Assembly (NCBI GenBank): GCA_951406725.2
Contig: OX597826.1
Coordinates: forward strand, 62,062,001 to 62,126,000
DNA length: 64,000 nucleotides
Source: Octopus vulgaris
Taxonomy: Eukaryota
Direction of reading: 5' to 3'
The translations under genes were made by a program, and so were the position numbers. The first letter of the stretch is position 1. Each line of letters starts with the position of its first letter. Positions 1 through 13,219 of this stretch are shown piece by piece. The notes beneath the pieces are model-generated. The model did no database searches, was not told the origin of the DNA, and was given only the letters and a program-made list of their open reading frames with translations.

Positions 1-337
1 TGATCTGAAGCATTTTTCCGATGCTCTGACTTTTCTGACATTTTGTTGCCTTCGTTTATTTAATAATACTTTCTAATTTTTGACAAAAGGTCAGCTGTTT
101 TTTTTTTTGTTTTTTTTTTGGTGGTGGAAGTCGATAACAACAGCTCCTCCAATGGGCATCTGGTACTTACTTAGTCGTCCCTGAAAGGATGAAAGGAAAT
201 GCCGACCGTGGTAAAATTGGAACTCAGAACATACGGTTTACTGAATAATAGTGAGTTTTGGCGGAAGGATAGGACACATTTTGTTTTTTGTATCTGGTTT
301 GCAAGATTCTTTATGCGCATTCGTGTGTTGAAGCAAA

Positions 338-610
338 TTATGTTGTGTCTAGGGAGAGTCACATTATCTTAATGCCTTATTATCTAACACACTCACCTGT
401 TCAGTTTCCACTCATTTATTATTTATAATTTTCCTTCCAAAATTTTCGTTGATTTTGCTACCTTGTCAATGAACATCCATTGGCAAGGTTGCAAAAGCAA
501 CGAAAATTTGGAAAGAAAAAAGGTAAATGATAAACAAGTGGAAATCAAACCGGTGAGTGTGTTAGATAATAAGGCATTAAGACAATGTGACTCTCGCCAG
601 GCACAATATA
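338..610. repeat. Fold-back (inverted) repeat, ~135-bp arms with a ~6-nt loop; probably head-to-head PLE termini
   Basis: atgttgtgtctagggagagtcacatt...gctaccttgtcaatg-aacatc-cattggcaaggttgc...aatgtgactctcgccaggcacaatat; the arms are imperfect reverse complements. Confidence 0.85.
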
Positions 611-959
611 GGGCTCATATTTGGAACATAGTAAAGATAGTATTATCAATCTTGGGACTTGAGTATGAATTCACTTTAGCGAACTGAGAAAAATGAAAAA
701 GCAAAGATAGACTTAACCACGTTTGAATGGAATTTCGAAAATAAGAGTAGTTACATATTTCAAGTTTGACTATGCATCTATCGACCTCCGTTCATTTCAT
801 TATAATATCGATTCAATGTAGGCACACCACTTAATACATAAGTATAAGTGTTTGCCAGCCCAGTATTTGTTTTGGACATAATTTTCAGATTTAGCTGTCA
901 GAGTTAGGGAGACCCACTGTGAGCTCTAGAATTTAAATAATAATACCCCGGCCCAGTCG

Positions 960-1508
960 GCTCACTTACACTCATCAGGTAGTCTGTTCGATTCGCGAAA
1001 CGGGTTGTGCGTTGTATTCTTGAGCAAGACACTTTATTTCACGTTGATCCAGTTTAATCAGCTGTAGAAATGAGTTGCGACGTCACTGGTACCAAACTTA
1101 TCGGCCTTTGCCTTTTCCTTGGATAACATCGGTGGCGTGTAGAGGTGAGGCTGGTATTCATGGGTGAGCTAGCAGAAACGTTAGCACGCCGGGCGAAATG
1201 CTTTGCGGTATTTCGTCTGCCGTTACGTTCTGAGTTCAAATTCCGCCGAGGTCGACTTTGCCTTTCATCCTTTCGGGGTCGATAAATTAAGTACCAGTTA
1301 CGCAGTGGGATCGATGTAATCGACTTAATCCGTTTGTCTGTCCTTGTTTGTCTCCTCTGTGTTTAGCCCCTTGTGGGTAGTAAAGAAATAGGTATTCATG
1401 GGCGACTGCTGGTTTTCTATAAACAATCTTGCTCGGATTTGTGCCTCGGAGGATAACTTCTATCTAGGGGCAATCACATAGTCATTCATGACCGAAGGGT
1501 GTCTTTAC
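960..1508 (+). mobile_element. tRNA-derived SINE (host) interrupted by a nested SINE-A
   Basis: B-box-like gttcgattc, CORE-like ttgagcaagacactttatttcac; the body resumes after the duplicated target ggtattcatggg (1153-1164 / 1391-1402). Confidence 0.65.
1163..1392 (+). mobile_element. SINE-A (tRNA head, Nin/MESC-like central domain), near full length
   Basis: gagctagcagaaacgttagc...gagttcaaattcc (B box)...gcctttcatcctttcggggtcgataaattaagtaccag...aaagaaatagg; 12-bp TSD; many copies in the window. Confidence 0.9.
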
Positions 1509-1601
1509 AAATCACCTTCAAAATCAGGAAAGAGACTTTCAGTAATATAGTCCCTCTATTTTATTTTTATTTGCTATTGCGGACTATCATATTATATTCT
1601 T

Positions 1602-2003
1602 TTTTACTTCTTCCAGTTATTAGACTGTGGCCATTAGATACCACCTTGAAGAAGTTTAGTCAAACGAATCGACCCCATTATTTTATTGTTTTAATCATGG
1701 TACTTAATCTATCAGCTACTTTCGCTGAACCGCTAAATTACGGGGACATAAACACAGGTAGAAAGACCCCCCATATATATGTATGTCTGTATTGACATAC
1801 ATGTGTGCGTGTGTGTGTGTATGTGTGCATATATATATGCATATATATACATACGAAGAGCGTCTTCTAGTTTCTGTCTACCATATCCGCTCACCAGGCT
1901 TTAGTCTTGCCCCGAGGCTATAGTAGAAAACACTTGCCCAAGGTGCCACGCAGAGGGACTGAACCTGGAATCATGAGATGGAAGCAAGCTTCTTACCATA
2001 CAG
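1602..2003 (-). mobile_element. SINE-B (CORE-type, OR2-like), degenerate copy
   Basis: Similar to 12721-13173 (cacttgcccaaggtgccacgcag..gactgaacc; gctgaaccgctaaattacgggg). Confidence 0.75.
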
Positions 2004-2123
2004 TATATCAAAATTTAGTATGAAAGCTGCCGTCGTCTAAGACAACCTATTTCTCTTTTGGAGAAAGGGACGCTTTGAGAGATCCCAGACAACCATTTCT
2101 CACAGGGCTATGGAGCGCGAAAC

Positions 2124-2182
<59 letters not shown>

Positions 2183-2844
2183 TGAGTGAGAGAGAAAGAG
2201 AGAGAAAAAGAGAGATAGGAGATTGAAAAAGAAAGTAAAGAAAGATAAAGATAACTAACTGGTAATTTATTCAAGAACCCCGGAAGGATGAACAAGTTTG
2301 ATCACGTCGGATTTGAAACCAGAACGCAGAAAGCAACGTAAAGACCTCTCCTCTAAAGACTCTATCACTACTCCCCCATTTAATCTTAGACACTCCTATG
2401 ACAGGATTGTCACAGGGTGAATAAATTTGACCATTGATCTGCTCGATTAGGGTAGTCACGAGTTGATTAACATCAAATCGGCACTAAGAACGATAGCAGC
2501 ACTTACAACAATTAATAATACATATTTCCTAATTTTGAGACCAGGCCAGCAATTTTAAGGAGAGATCGGCTGTGAGCTCTACAGTAACCCCATTGATTGG
2601 TTGGCAGAATATTTTATCAACCTCTGAAGAATGAAACGCAAAGTTCACTTCGTTGGGGTTTGAATACAAAGCATAAAGATTCGGAGAAAATTCGTCCAAA
2701 CCATTCTGATCGATGCGGCAGCAAATATGCAGTCGCACCAACTAAATAACCTTTGCTGCTATAGGGATAAGGTCTGGAATTTTGTGAGAATGGGGATGGC
2801 CGATTATATCGACCCCAGGGTTCCCACTGCTACTTATTTTATAA

Positions 2845-2907
2845 GAAGATGATAAGGATGGTGACGACGACGATGTCCATGAAGACGATGACAACAAAAA
2901 TGATGAA

Positions 2908-2947
<40 letters not shown>

Positions 2948-3081
2948 ATGGTGATGATGATGATGATGATGATGATCACGGTGATTATGATGATAATGAT
3001 GATGATAACGACGATAATGATCATTTATTATTACGACGACGATGATAATGTTGACGATGAGGATGGAGATGATGGTGATGG

Positions 3082-3142
<61 letters not shown>
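2845..3142. repeat. (GAT)n compound microsatellite
   Basis: Visible directly; the source of the poly-D/M/I/H pseudo-ORFs. Confidence 0.95.
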
Positions 3143-3143
<1 letters not shown>

Positions 3144-3736
3144 GCATATATTTCTAAGATAGGCAACAATGTTGCAAATTCAACGGAGGTGGAATAGATA
3201 TACCAGAGAGTACAATCGATGATATCGAATCATCAGACATCCATCCGACACAATTTGGTATTAATAAAAGATGCAACAAGATAAACACTAACAAAAGGAG
3301 AAATTTATAATGGAAATTAAAATCAATATGGTAGACATTTTAAAACAAAATTGTTGTTTGAGAAAGTGTGATATGACGGAAATTGAAGCGTTGTATGTAG
3401 ATGGGAACGATATGTAAAATAGAATGTTTTATGCATATGAATATTGTTAAAAATTAAATATTTAATTAATTCTCATGAAAGACTACGACATAGAATTTTA
3501 AAATAAAACAGCAAATAACTTGAATTTTCATGTGTAAAAAACACAAGGAAAAACGAATCTATATAACAAAAAATATATCATAAACATTGTTGGAGCTTTC
3601 ACATTAGATAAACAGTTAAAGTATTCTTTAGACTAGCTCTATGAGAATGTGTCTGTATGATATGCGTATGGCTGTGTGAGAGTGTTTGTATGCATATAAA
3701 GAAATATTTATTTATATGTATGTATTCCTATGCATA

Positions 3737-3818
<82 letters not shown>

Positions 3819-4736
3819 TATACATATATATGGGTGTGTGCATTTGCATATATATAAATATATAACATATATGTATATATATATGTATATATACATAGGT
3901 ATCTGCATATATAGGCATACATATATTTATATATTAAGTGTATGTGTTCGTGCGCAAGTGTGGATATGTGAGTATCTATATTTATATATTAATATGTTCA
4001 TACATCCATGGGCATTTTACGACAAATTTTTTAATGTGACCCTATATATACAGTTTCATTCGGTGCACTCAAACAAATTTACAAATACATAAACACGCAA
4101 CCTCTCCCTCTCTCACACACACACACACATACATACACACACACGTAGAGAATGAAGCTCTTTTATTTGTTGCTTATTTTATTAATAATAAGAATTCAAG
4201 TGAATGTTTTTTTTAAAAATATTTATCGACTATATGCCATCCTACTTTGCAGTTTATAAACACACACAGCCACGCATACACACCCATCTAGACCCACAAG
4301 CACTCACACCTTCTTATATATAAAATATTCTTCTATGCGTGGGTATGTACATCTGTATTTATCTGACGGCATATACGTGAGAGTACGCATGCATTGATAC
4401 GTTTTTATCTAAATATAAGCCATCAAATTTTTTGTCATGTGTTTGTTTCAAAAACATCGAAGTAACAAGTTTCATATTAATTGCTAATGTGCGGCTTATT
4501 ATTAACAAAGTGTAATATTTTCGATGTTTTATGTTTCATCAAAGAGGGTATAGTCAAACTATTAATTACTTTAAGTACATATATACACATCTTGATCAAA
4601 TGGCGTATTTCTAAACTCAGAACAACAGAGACCTCGTCACTACAAACTAAGTTCATGCATACAACCATTCATATATATGTATGTGTATATATTCACGCTA
4701 TATAGATATTTATGAATATATATGTATGCTATGCAG

Positions 4737-4800
<64 letters not shown>

Positions 4801-4803
<3 letters not shown>

Positions 4804-5290
4804 TGAGAAAGTTGGTGTGTGAAAAAAACTACAGAAGGCTTGTTTTAAAAGGTTAAAAAATATATTTGGGTCATTATGTCAGAAGAATGTTATAAAATTT
4901 TTTCATACAGTGACATAGTTATTGAAGAAATTACCGGTTTCGTGTTAACTTTTAAAATTTCTCAAAACATCGTGTTATGTCTTCGTTATGAAGTGTAAAG
5001 GAGAGTTCCAGGTAAGGGGAGGTAATAAGTGATTTCTTCCGGTGTAAGGGAGATAATCGCTTTATATTTCTTGTCCCTTTTATTTAATGGGGTGAGTTTC
5101 TCTGTATAAGTATGTTAGAGTGGTTAAGTTTGGGCTTATATTTTTCAATGAAGAATGCTTCCTTGTTTAGTCTAATTTGTGTTGGTGTTCCAATAGCACA
5201 TTGATAAAATGGAAAGATTGAAAATTGTGGTAGTAGTTGCTTTGCGCATTTCTCAATCTGCTCACTAAAGGATTTATACAGATTCATCGA
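4801..5290 (-). mobile_element. PLE 3' fragment: GIY-YIG C-terminus plus terminal repeat abutting (TA)n
   Basis: ORF 5084-5287 FSEQIEKCAK..PQFSIFPFYQC..RLNKEAFFIEKYKPKLN aligns with the C-terminus of the 15.8-17.3 kb PLE; degenerate HHR gaaat-TTTAAAA-gttaacac-GAAA-ccgg-TA-atttc near 4927-4961. Confidence 0.8.
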
Positions 5291-5449
5291 CTACACACGC
5301 ACGTGTTCGTCCTATTTCTCACTTTGTTTTTGTATTTCTCTGCCTCTCACTCTCTCTCTCTCTCTCTGTCTCATTCTCTCTCGCTCTCTGTTCATCTATC
5401 TGTCTCTGTATGTATGTCAGTGTGTCTCTCTCTCTCTCTCCCTCTCCCC

Positions 5450-5488
<39 letters not shown>

Positions 5489-5638
5489 TAGAGGAGAAAG
5501 GACCACAAAACCCAAGGTAGGACGAGTATCTCAATTTGAGGTAATTAATTTAGTTAATTGATTAATTATTGGATGTTTCACGGCTGTTTCTGGGATATCA
5601 CAAGTGATAGATCAGCATCTCCATACACTGGGTATTCC

Positions 5639-5695
<57 letters not shown>

Positions 5696-5699
5696 TTTG

Positions 5700-6068
5700 T
5701 GAAATAGAAAGATGAATAATCTTGTTGCAGATTAATCAAAAGTTTAACCGATACCTTGGTAGCAAAAATCACAGCAGAAGACAGCACGGTTGGAGGTACA
5801 ACCATATGGTGTTGCAACCGTGCGTTGGTGCGGATAATTGAATTTTAATATTATTAGTGAATTGAAGAAATGGAGTCGAACGAAGATTGAACAGAAATCG
5901 TTTTATTGCATTCTACACGTGTTTCGAAAGACACAATTTACCAAATTCCGATTGAATAATGAGACCATATTGTGTCTTTCTCTTCAGGAAGAAATAGGAA
6001 ATCCGTTGGAAAAAACAAAAACAGAACAGAGGCGGAGCAAAACAAATCGAACGAGGCTCCTAAGAGCC
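5700..6068 (-). mobile_element. PLE terminal (pLTR) fragment carrying a canonical hammerhead
   Basis: Lies between (TA)n tracts and contains the HHR at 5911-5990. Confidence 0.65.
5911..5990 (-). ncRNA. Type I minimal hammerhead ribozyme with canonical core
   Basis: Minus strand: ttc-CTGAAGA-gaaagacacaat[loop]attgtgtctttc-GAAA-cacgtg-TA^gaa; perfect 12-bp stem II, palindromic stem III, GUA cleavage triplet. Confidence 0.8.
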
Positions 6069-6281
6069 CATATATATATACATACACACACATGGCATAA
6101 GAGAGCTAAAAGTGTTTATATAAGTGTCTTAGTGTGTGTGAGTACGTGTGTGTATGTTTGTGAATAAGTCGACGTGGCGCAGTTCTTGAATTCAGAACTT
6201 AAAAGATCAGAATAAACGTCACAAGTCATTATGCTGATTGTCTCATGATTCTTCCAGTCCAGTGATGATGACGACGACGAC

Positions 6282-6316
<35 letters not shown>

Positions 6317-6609
6317 GGAACAATGATAATAAGGCTAACAGAGAAAATAACGAATATATATCTCCCGAATGAAAACAACATTTCAAAATCCTTGGTACAT
6401 TCGTAATCTAAGGTTTGATTTGATTGGTTTATTTGATAACAATAGAGCTAGTTAAGAGATAATTGAGTCTAATTATCCATTTGATCCATTAAACCAAGCA
6501 AATCATAATTAAGTCTGAAATAAAAATTACTCTTCACCCAAGTCTATAACAGGAGTCCCGTATCGGAGAACCAATGAAGCCATGAAAATTGATGCGTGTA
6601 TACATTTGT

Positions 6610-6659
<50 letters not shown>

Positions 6660-7129
6660 CTTGTACAAGCTGCCTTCCAAGAGGCTTGGAACACTTTTAG
6701 ATGGCACAGTCATAAGACGATTGTAATTTCAGTATGTCGTTACTATGTATATATCTAATAAGCTGACCTGACTTTTTTTAGATTCCAAATTGAAGGAGAA
6801 ATTTTGACCCCTCCCCCTCATGCCCAATAACCATTGCTTGTCACCACTGATTAGTTTGTAGAACGCAGTGGGAAAGTGAAGACAATCACTATCCAATAGC
6901 ATTTCGTGTTAATCTCAGCAAAAACGTTACCGAACTCATGAAACACTTCAGATTGTTTATGCAGTAACGGCTATGAAGACAAGCGTCTGGTTTTAGCTGG
7001 CACGGTAGAGAGGAGGTGGGAGGCGGTGAAAGGTGTGTGAAACAGAGGCATGGTAGAACATAGAGATGGTTCAGAAAATTCGCAATTTTTTTTCTGGATG
7101 AATAATGTCGTGCATCTATTGTGATTTGG

Positions 7130-8123
7130 CCGTGTTGTTTGTCTGCCTGTGTGTTTCTTTGAATATGTGTGTCGCTATTAGAAGTAGTTGGTATTTTTTC
7201 CTGGGGTGGGTGTATTAGTGAGGCGGTTGTGTTGTCTGTTTTTCTCTGTGAGTGTTCTATATTTTCATTCTTTTTCTTTGTTGACTTTTTGGGAGATAAA
7301 TTCCTCGGTCCCCTTCTCTTCTTGCTTTGTACCTCTTGGAACTCTTCATCAGGTATTTTCGGTGTTTTCACAGTCGTCTTCGTCCTTCTGGTAATTTCCC
7401 TTGGGCTGTTGCGCTTTTATTTGGGGACAATTTATTTTTATGTGACTCCTCGACTTTCAGTGGTAGCAGATGGGAGGTCTCCCCTCTACCTCCACTCGCA
7501 ACACGTTACCTTCTGGGAGTTCAATCTCGGTGCATATTCCGTCTTAGTCATTTTGTGTGGCGTGGATTGTCACTTCCAATCCGTAGCCCCATTAGTTCAT
7601 TTGCTTGATTTTAGTCGCATGTATTATTACTGAACTTTCCCCCATCTTAGCCAGAATTGCAGCTATATGCCATGTTACTTTTATCTCGGGGTCACCCTGC
7701 CGATCCTGACTCTTGCAACACGCTTGCCGAGATATGTTGGTAGGAGCACCCATTCTTTGTTTTTTAGTGGAGTGCTTTTTCGTCCCCTCTGCGGTTGCAA
7801 AACCTCTACCGTATAGTACTTCCTTTCTCTAAGGAAAAATGTTACTTTGTTCACTATTTCTTGGAGACAGTTTTCAATTGCCTCCTCGCTCGCTATTTCT
7901 ATTTTTCTGATTTTCAGTGACATAGTTCTGTAAATCACTAACTCCTGATGTTGTTTGTTGGTGATGTCTGTCGGTGGCTTCAACTTTACTTCTGTTCCCT
8001 CTCTCTATGCAAACAGCTTACTCATTTCCAATGGGCGTTCGTCTATCACCACCTCCTGCGCTTTGATGTTTACGGTAGTAGCATTCTTTTACTCACTGGC
8101 TGCCGAAGTATAAGTCCCGGCTA
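7130..8123 (-). pseudogene. L1/Tx1-like LINE ORF1 (gag-like) remnant
   Basis: EWVLLPTYLGKRVARVRIGRV (ORF 7681-7983) and zinc knuckle EGRPPICYH*KSRSHIKINCP at 7421-7485, then a K/E-rich tail; stops and frameshifts. Confidence 0.65.
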
Positions 8124-8126
8124 ATG

Positions 8127-8811
8127 TTTCTTATTTCTTTATTGCCCACAAGGGGCTACACACAGAGGGGACAAACAAGGACAGACAAAGAGATTAAGTC
8201 GATTACATCGACCCCAGTGCGTAACTGGTACTTAATTTATCGACCCCGAAAGGATGAAAGGCGAAGTCGACCTCGGCGGAATTTGAACTTAGAACGTAGT
8301 GGCAGACGAAATACCTATTTCTTTACTACCCACAAGGGGCTAAACACAGAGAGGACAAACAAGTATAGACACACGGATTAAGTCGATTACATCGACCCCA
8401 GTGCGTAACTGGTACTTATTTAATCGACCCCGAAAGGATGAAAGGCAAAGTCGACCTCGCCGGAACTTGAACTCAGGATGTAGCGTCATCCGAAATACCT
8501 ATTTCTTTATTACCCACAAGGGGCTAAACATAGAGGGGACAAACATGGAAAGACATAGGTATTAAGTCGATTATATCGACCCCAGTGCTTAACTGGTACT
8601 TAATTTATCGACCCCGAAAGGATGAAAAGCAAAGTCGACCTCGGCAGAATTTGAACTTACAACGTAACGGCATCCGAAATACAGCTAAGCATTTCGCCCG
8701 ATGTGCTAACGATTCTGCCAGCTCGCCGCCTTCGCAGAACTTGAACTCAGGATGTAGCGTCAGACGAAATACCGTTAAGTATTTCGCCCGGCGTGCTAAC
8801 GATTCTGCCAA
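8127..8811 (-). mobile_element. SINE-A nested trimer
   Basis: Three bodies at ~185-bp spacing, joined at gaaatacc|tatttcttt (8315, 8499); the head of unit 2 resumes at 8737. Confidence 0.9.
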
Positions 8812-9536
8812 ACTACTACAGTGTGTTGATTCCCTTTTCTTTATCGATCTTATTAAAATGAAAAGCAAAGCTGACGTTAGTGGAATTCGAGCTGAGATTA
8901 TGGTGAGCTGGAACAAATGCTGTGTGGAATTCGACGCCGTATTAACTTCGCCAATTCAACGCTTTAAATACTGTAGTAGTAAAGAATGTAACGAGGTGAG
9001 AATGTGAGAGCAATCAAATGTATTGTGAGAGCAAATATCGTTAACCTTCTAAATGTACACCAAAGTCTCATTCCATTCCACAAAGACATATGTCATAAAC
9101 AATTTGCAACGTAGCAAGATAAAAGGAAAAGTGATGGATAAATAGAAGCAAGAAGTAAAAACTTTTCATTGGAAAGTGTCTTTTATGGTCTTTTTGAAAA
9201 TTGCATAGCATGTATTTTGTTTTAAGCAAACAATAGTAAAAACAGTGTTTCTTAAATTCAAGCTGTTTCTATTCTGTAAGAAATTTATAAACTTTTTCGG
9301 TTAAGAAGATATGCTAGCTCAGCTTATTTCTATTCTTAGATTACTTATAACCAAAAATAGAAAAAAAAAAGGGAGGATAGTATACAGTGAATTGTTGCAA
9401 ATGTGCAGCCATGAGTTCTTTACGATCTCCAGAAATATTTTGCAAGTACAATCGTAAATTTTGTTAGGCTTCAATGATTATATGATGAAGGCGGGTGGCC
9501 TAGTATTCAGGGCGTTGCAGTCATGATCGCAAGATC

Positions 9537-9850
9537 TTTTCTACTCTAGGCACAAGGCCCGAAATTTTGGGGGAGGGGTACAGCCAATTAGATCGATTCT
9601 AGTACGCAACTGATAGTTAATTTCTTTACTACCCACAAGGGTCCAAACACAGAGAGGATAAACAAGAACAGACAAACGGATTAAGTCTATTATATCGACC
9701 CCAGTGCGTACTGGTACTTAATTTATCGACCTCGAAAGGATGAAATGCAAAGTCGACCTCGACGGAATTTGAACTCAGAACGTAACGGCAGACGAAATAC
9801 CGCTAAGCATTTCGCCCGGCGTGCTAACGATTCTGCCAGCTCGCCGCCTT
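9537..9850 (-). mobile_element. SINE-A full copy (9620-9850) nested in a SINE-A variant tail, inside an older SINE
   Basis: Identity to the other SINE-A copies; host SINE head at ~9490 and body at ~9855-9970. Confidence 0.8.
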
Positions 9851-10520
9851 AGAGCATTGTTTCGTTTTTCATAACAGGTGATCCGATGTAGTATTCAGCA
9901 AAAGCATTTTATTTCATGTTGATCCAATCCACTCAGCTGCTAATGAGCAACCCCGTGATAGATTGTTGTCTTGTATACGGGAAATATTGTGATATCAGTT
10001 ACTTCTACGCAATGAAAAGCGGATATCCGGCCCAATGAGCCAAGGGCTTTAGACATTAATGTCCAAGATTAGTAATGACAAATGAGCATATGATGTAAGG
10101 TGTTTGACTTTTCACAATAGCTAAACAATTGCAACTTAGCGTGAAGTCATTCCTGCTGAATACATTTTGGTCCACGTGGTTGCTTTAGAAGTATTTTTGT
10201 ACTTAAGTGATGTTTGCTACAGCAGCAAAAGTGAAGAGTTTCGTGTTGCTCACTGTATAGTAGAACCAATGCTTTATGTTGCTTATCATCAGGGAGCCAC
10301 TGCCACACAGGGACTTGTAGGTATGAAGAAACTAGGAAGATGTCTTTTACTAGTTTCCTAATAATGGCAGCTATTTATTTACAATTTTTGTTTTCATTTC
10401 ATGCTCAGTGATCTGAAAGAGTCATAGACGGACAAACACGCGCACAGACACATACATTATGTATATGTATGTGCATAGTTATAAATATATGCGCTTATAC
10501 ACCCGTATGTATATAAATGA

Positions 10521-10579
<59 letters not shown>

Positions 10580-10756
10580 TCTATATATGTGATATAATTG
10601 TGAGCATATATGATTATGCACATTGTGCATACGTGTATATATAGATGATATACGCAAATAAACGCATGCATATATATATATACATATACATATATATGTA
10701 TTTATATATATATGCATGTATATATAAATATACATATATATGCATGTATATATATG

Positions 10757-10799
<43 letters not shown>

Positions 10800-11172
10800 T
10801 AGAAACGAGTATATAAAATGAAGGATATATATATATATATATACGTAGGTACATACATATATGTATGTAGGTGTGTACGTAGCCATGTGTTTACATCTAT
10901 ATGTGTGTTTGTGTGCCTGTGTGAATATGTCCATATTTATAAATACTTTTCGGGAGGTATATTAAGTACATTTATGCATGTATAACATTATAATTAGATA
11001 TTTCTATGGAAATGTTCTCAACATAAAATGATTTATTTATGAAGCTTAATATATTCGTTTATTATACAGTATAATATTTATTTGTACTTAAAATTTATGT
11101 CGTCATTTTTTTTTTACTTAATATATTCATGAGCATGGGCGTATATGCCTATACACATGTGTCTATGTTGTA

Positions 11173-11207
<35 letters not shown>

Positions 11208-11332
11208 TGTGTGTGTATGTATGTGAGTGTGTGCGTCTAAATATGTATGTATCACTTTCTCTCTTTCTGTCTCTGTCTGTCAGTCTCTCTCTCTTTGTCT
11301 ATCTATCTATCTATCTGTCTATCTATCTCTCT

Positions 11333-11407
<75 letters not shown>

Positions 11408-12417
11408 GGTGTTGGTGCGTGTGGGCATAGGAATGCATAAGTCTGTGCCTGTATCAAGGTTTTTTTTTTAATTAATATATAACATAGATGTACATTTTAG
11501 TAATAGATACTAATGTACTACATATTCTATAAATACATGCGCCGCCTTCTCCCAAACTCATTTCTCCCCATATCCTCTTAACGGCCATTTTATCTATCCC
11601 ATTTTCTTATTTCTGAAGACAAAATCTTTTTCTTTATCCACTGTTTTCCTTCTTTTCCACTGTTAAGCTTTTTCATTTTCCCCAGGTCTTTCTATTTTCT
11701 TCATGCCTAATGTAATAAAACACTTTCTTCATTCTCCATATTTCTAAAACAATGTATGCCGCCAACACAACTCCACCTTCTGTAGTTTCCTACCCAACAC
11801 CTTACAAAAACAAGAATTCCCTTCCTAGTATGAAATATGTACCAAAACTTCACTTACAGTTCCATAACTAATAGCGAAACGAAAAGTCGCTGAAAGATAT
11901 GATATTTAGCAAATACCTACTTGAACAATCGCATTCCCTCATAAATTAAAACTACATTATTTTCCACTATTCGATGCCAGTTCTTTGTATAATAATTTTG
12001 TATATTACCAAAAGATTCGGGGCCAAATCATTATTAATTGTATATAAATGTTGTAATTTATGTTTTTTATATATTTAGCAATGATGTAGTTTATGTTTTT
12101 TTGTATTCGCGTACTATGAAAGTTTTTGAAAGTATCGCTTTTTTACCCCTTGTATTATACATTTTGTAAATTTATATATGTCCCTTCGGGAGGTTTATAT
12201 TTTACCGCTAATTTGTTTCCAGCGAAAGGAAAACGAGAAAACACAATGCCAATATTTAACTACCTTCAGTCAAACGAAGATAGATACTGTCAAAAACCTA
12301 AGAGACAAGTTACAAATGTTTAAACAAAGAGAGGCATTGATTCATTTTGCTACAACGTACTAATGGATTTAGCTTAATAGTAGTGGCGCTCTTATAGAGG
12401 TATCAACTCATTATATA

Positions 12418-12471
<54 letters not shown>

Positions 12472-12494
12472 TACATATTTAAATACACGCAAAC

Positions 12495-13170
12495 ATAAAC
12501 TTAGAAAATCCATCTTATATGGAATGCATTCATAAACACCAACTCAAGGAATGTTGGTAGAATATTCCCATCAAAACTTCTGTCAAATATAACCGCAACA
12601 GGCTGGAAATTGCTGTTTGGGACAGATGAGCAAAGGTATGTACCATCATAAATATCAGCTACAATGCGGATATATATATATATTTCAAGATCAAAGAAAA
12701 AGAGGATATATATATATATATTCTTTATTCTTTTATTCTTTTACTTGTTTCAGTCATTTGACTGCGGCCATGCTGGAGCACCGCCTTTAGTCGAGCAAAT
12801 CGACACCGGGACTTATTCTTTGTAAGCCCAGTACTTATTCTATCGGTCTCTTTTGCCGAACCGCTAAGTGACGGGGACGTAAACACACCAGCATCGGTTG
12901 TCAAGCAATGCTAGGGGGACAAACACAGACATACAAATACACACACACACACACACACACACAGACACACACACATACACACACACACAGAGATATATAT
13001 ACATATATACGACAGGCTTCTTTCAGTTTCCGTCTACCAAATCCACTCACAAAGCATTGGTCGGCTCGGGGCTATAGCAGAAGACACTTGCCCAAGATGC
13101 CACGCAGTGGGACTGAACCCGGAACCATGTGGTTAGTTAGCAAGCTACTTACCACACAGCCACTCCTGCG

Positions 13171-13219
<49 letters not shown>

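Noticed and set aside
1163-1250. tRNA-like A/B boxes
   Set aside because: They are SINE heads continuing into SINE bodies; no complete cloverleaf
7457-7459. In-frame TGA at a zinc-knuckle Cys position (also near 35538 in the old PLE), suggesting selenocysteine
   Set aside because: A single substitution from TGY in elements that carry many other stops and frameshifts; no SECIS evident
8124-9007. Recurrent peptides such as [16 protein letters not shown] and RQASFSFRLPNPLT
   Set aside because: Translations of SINE-A and SINE-B copies, not a gene family
10215-10295. Minus-strand CTGATGA...GAAA...TC hammerhead-like spacing
   Set aside because: No complementary stem I or stem II could be formed
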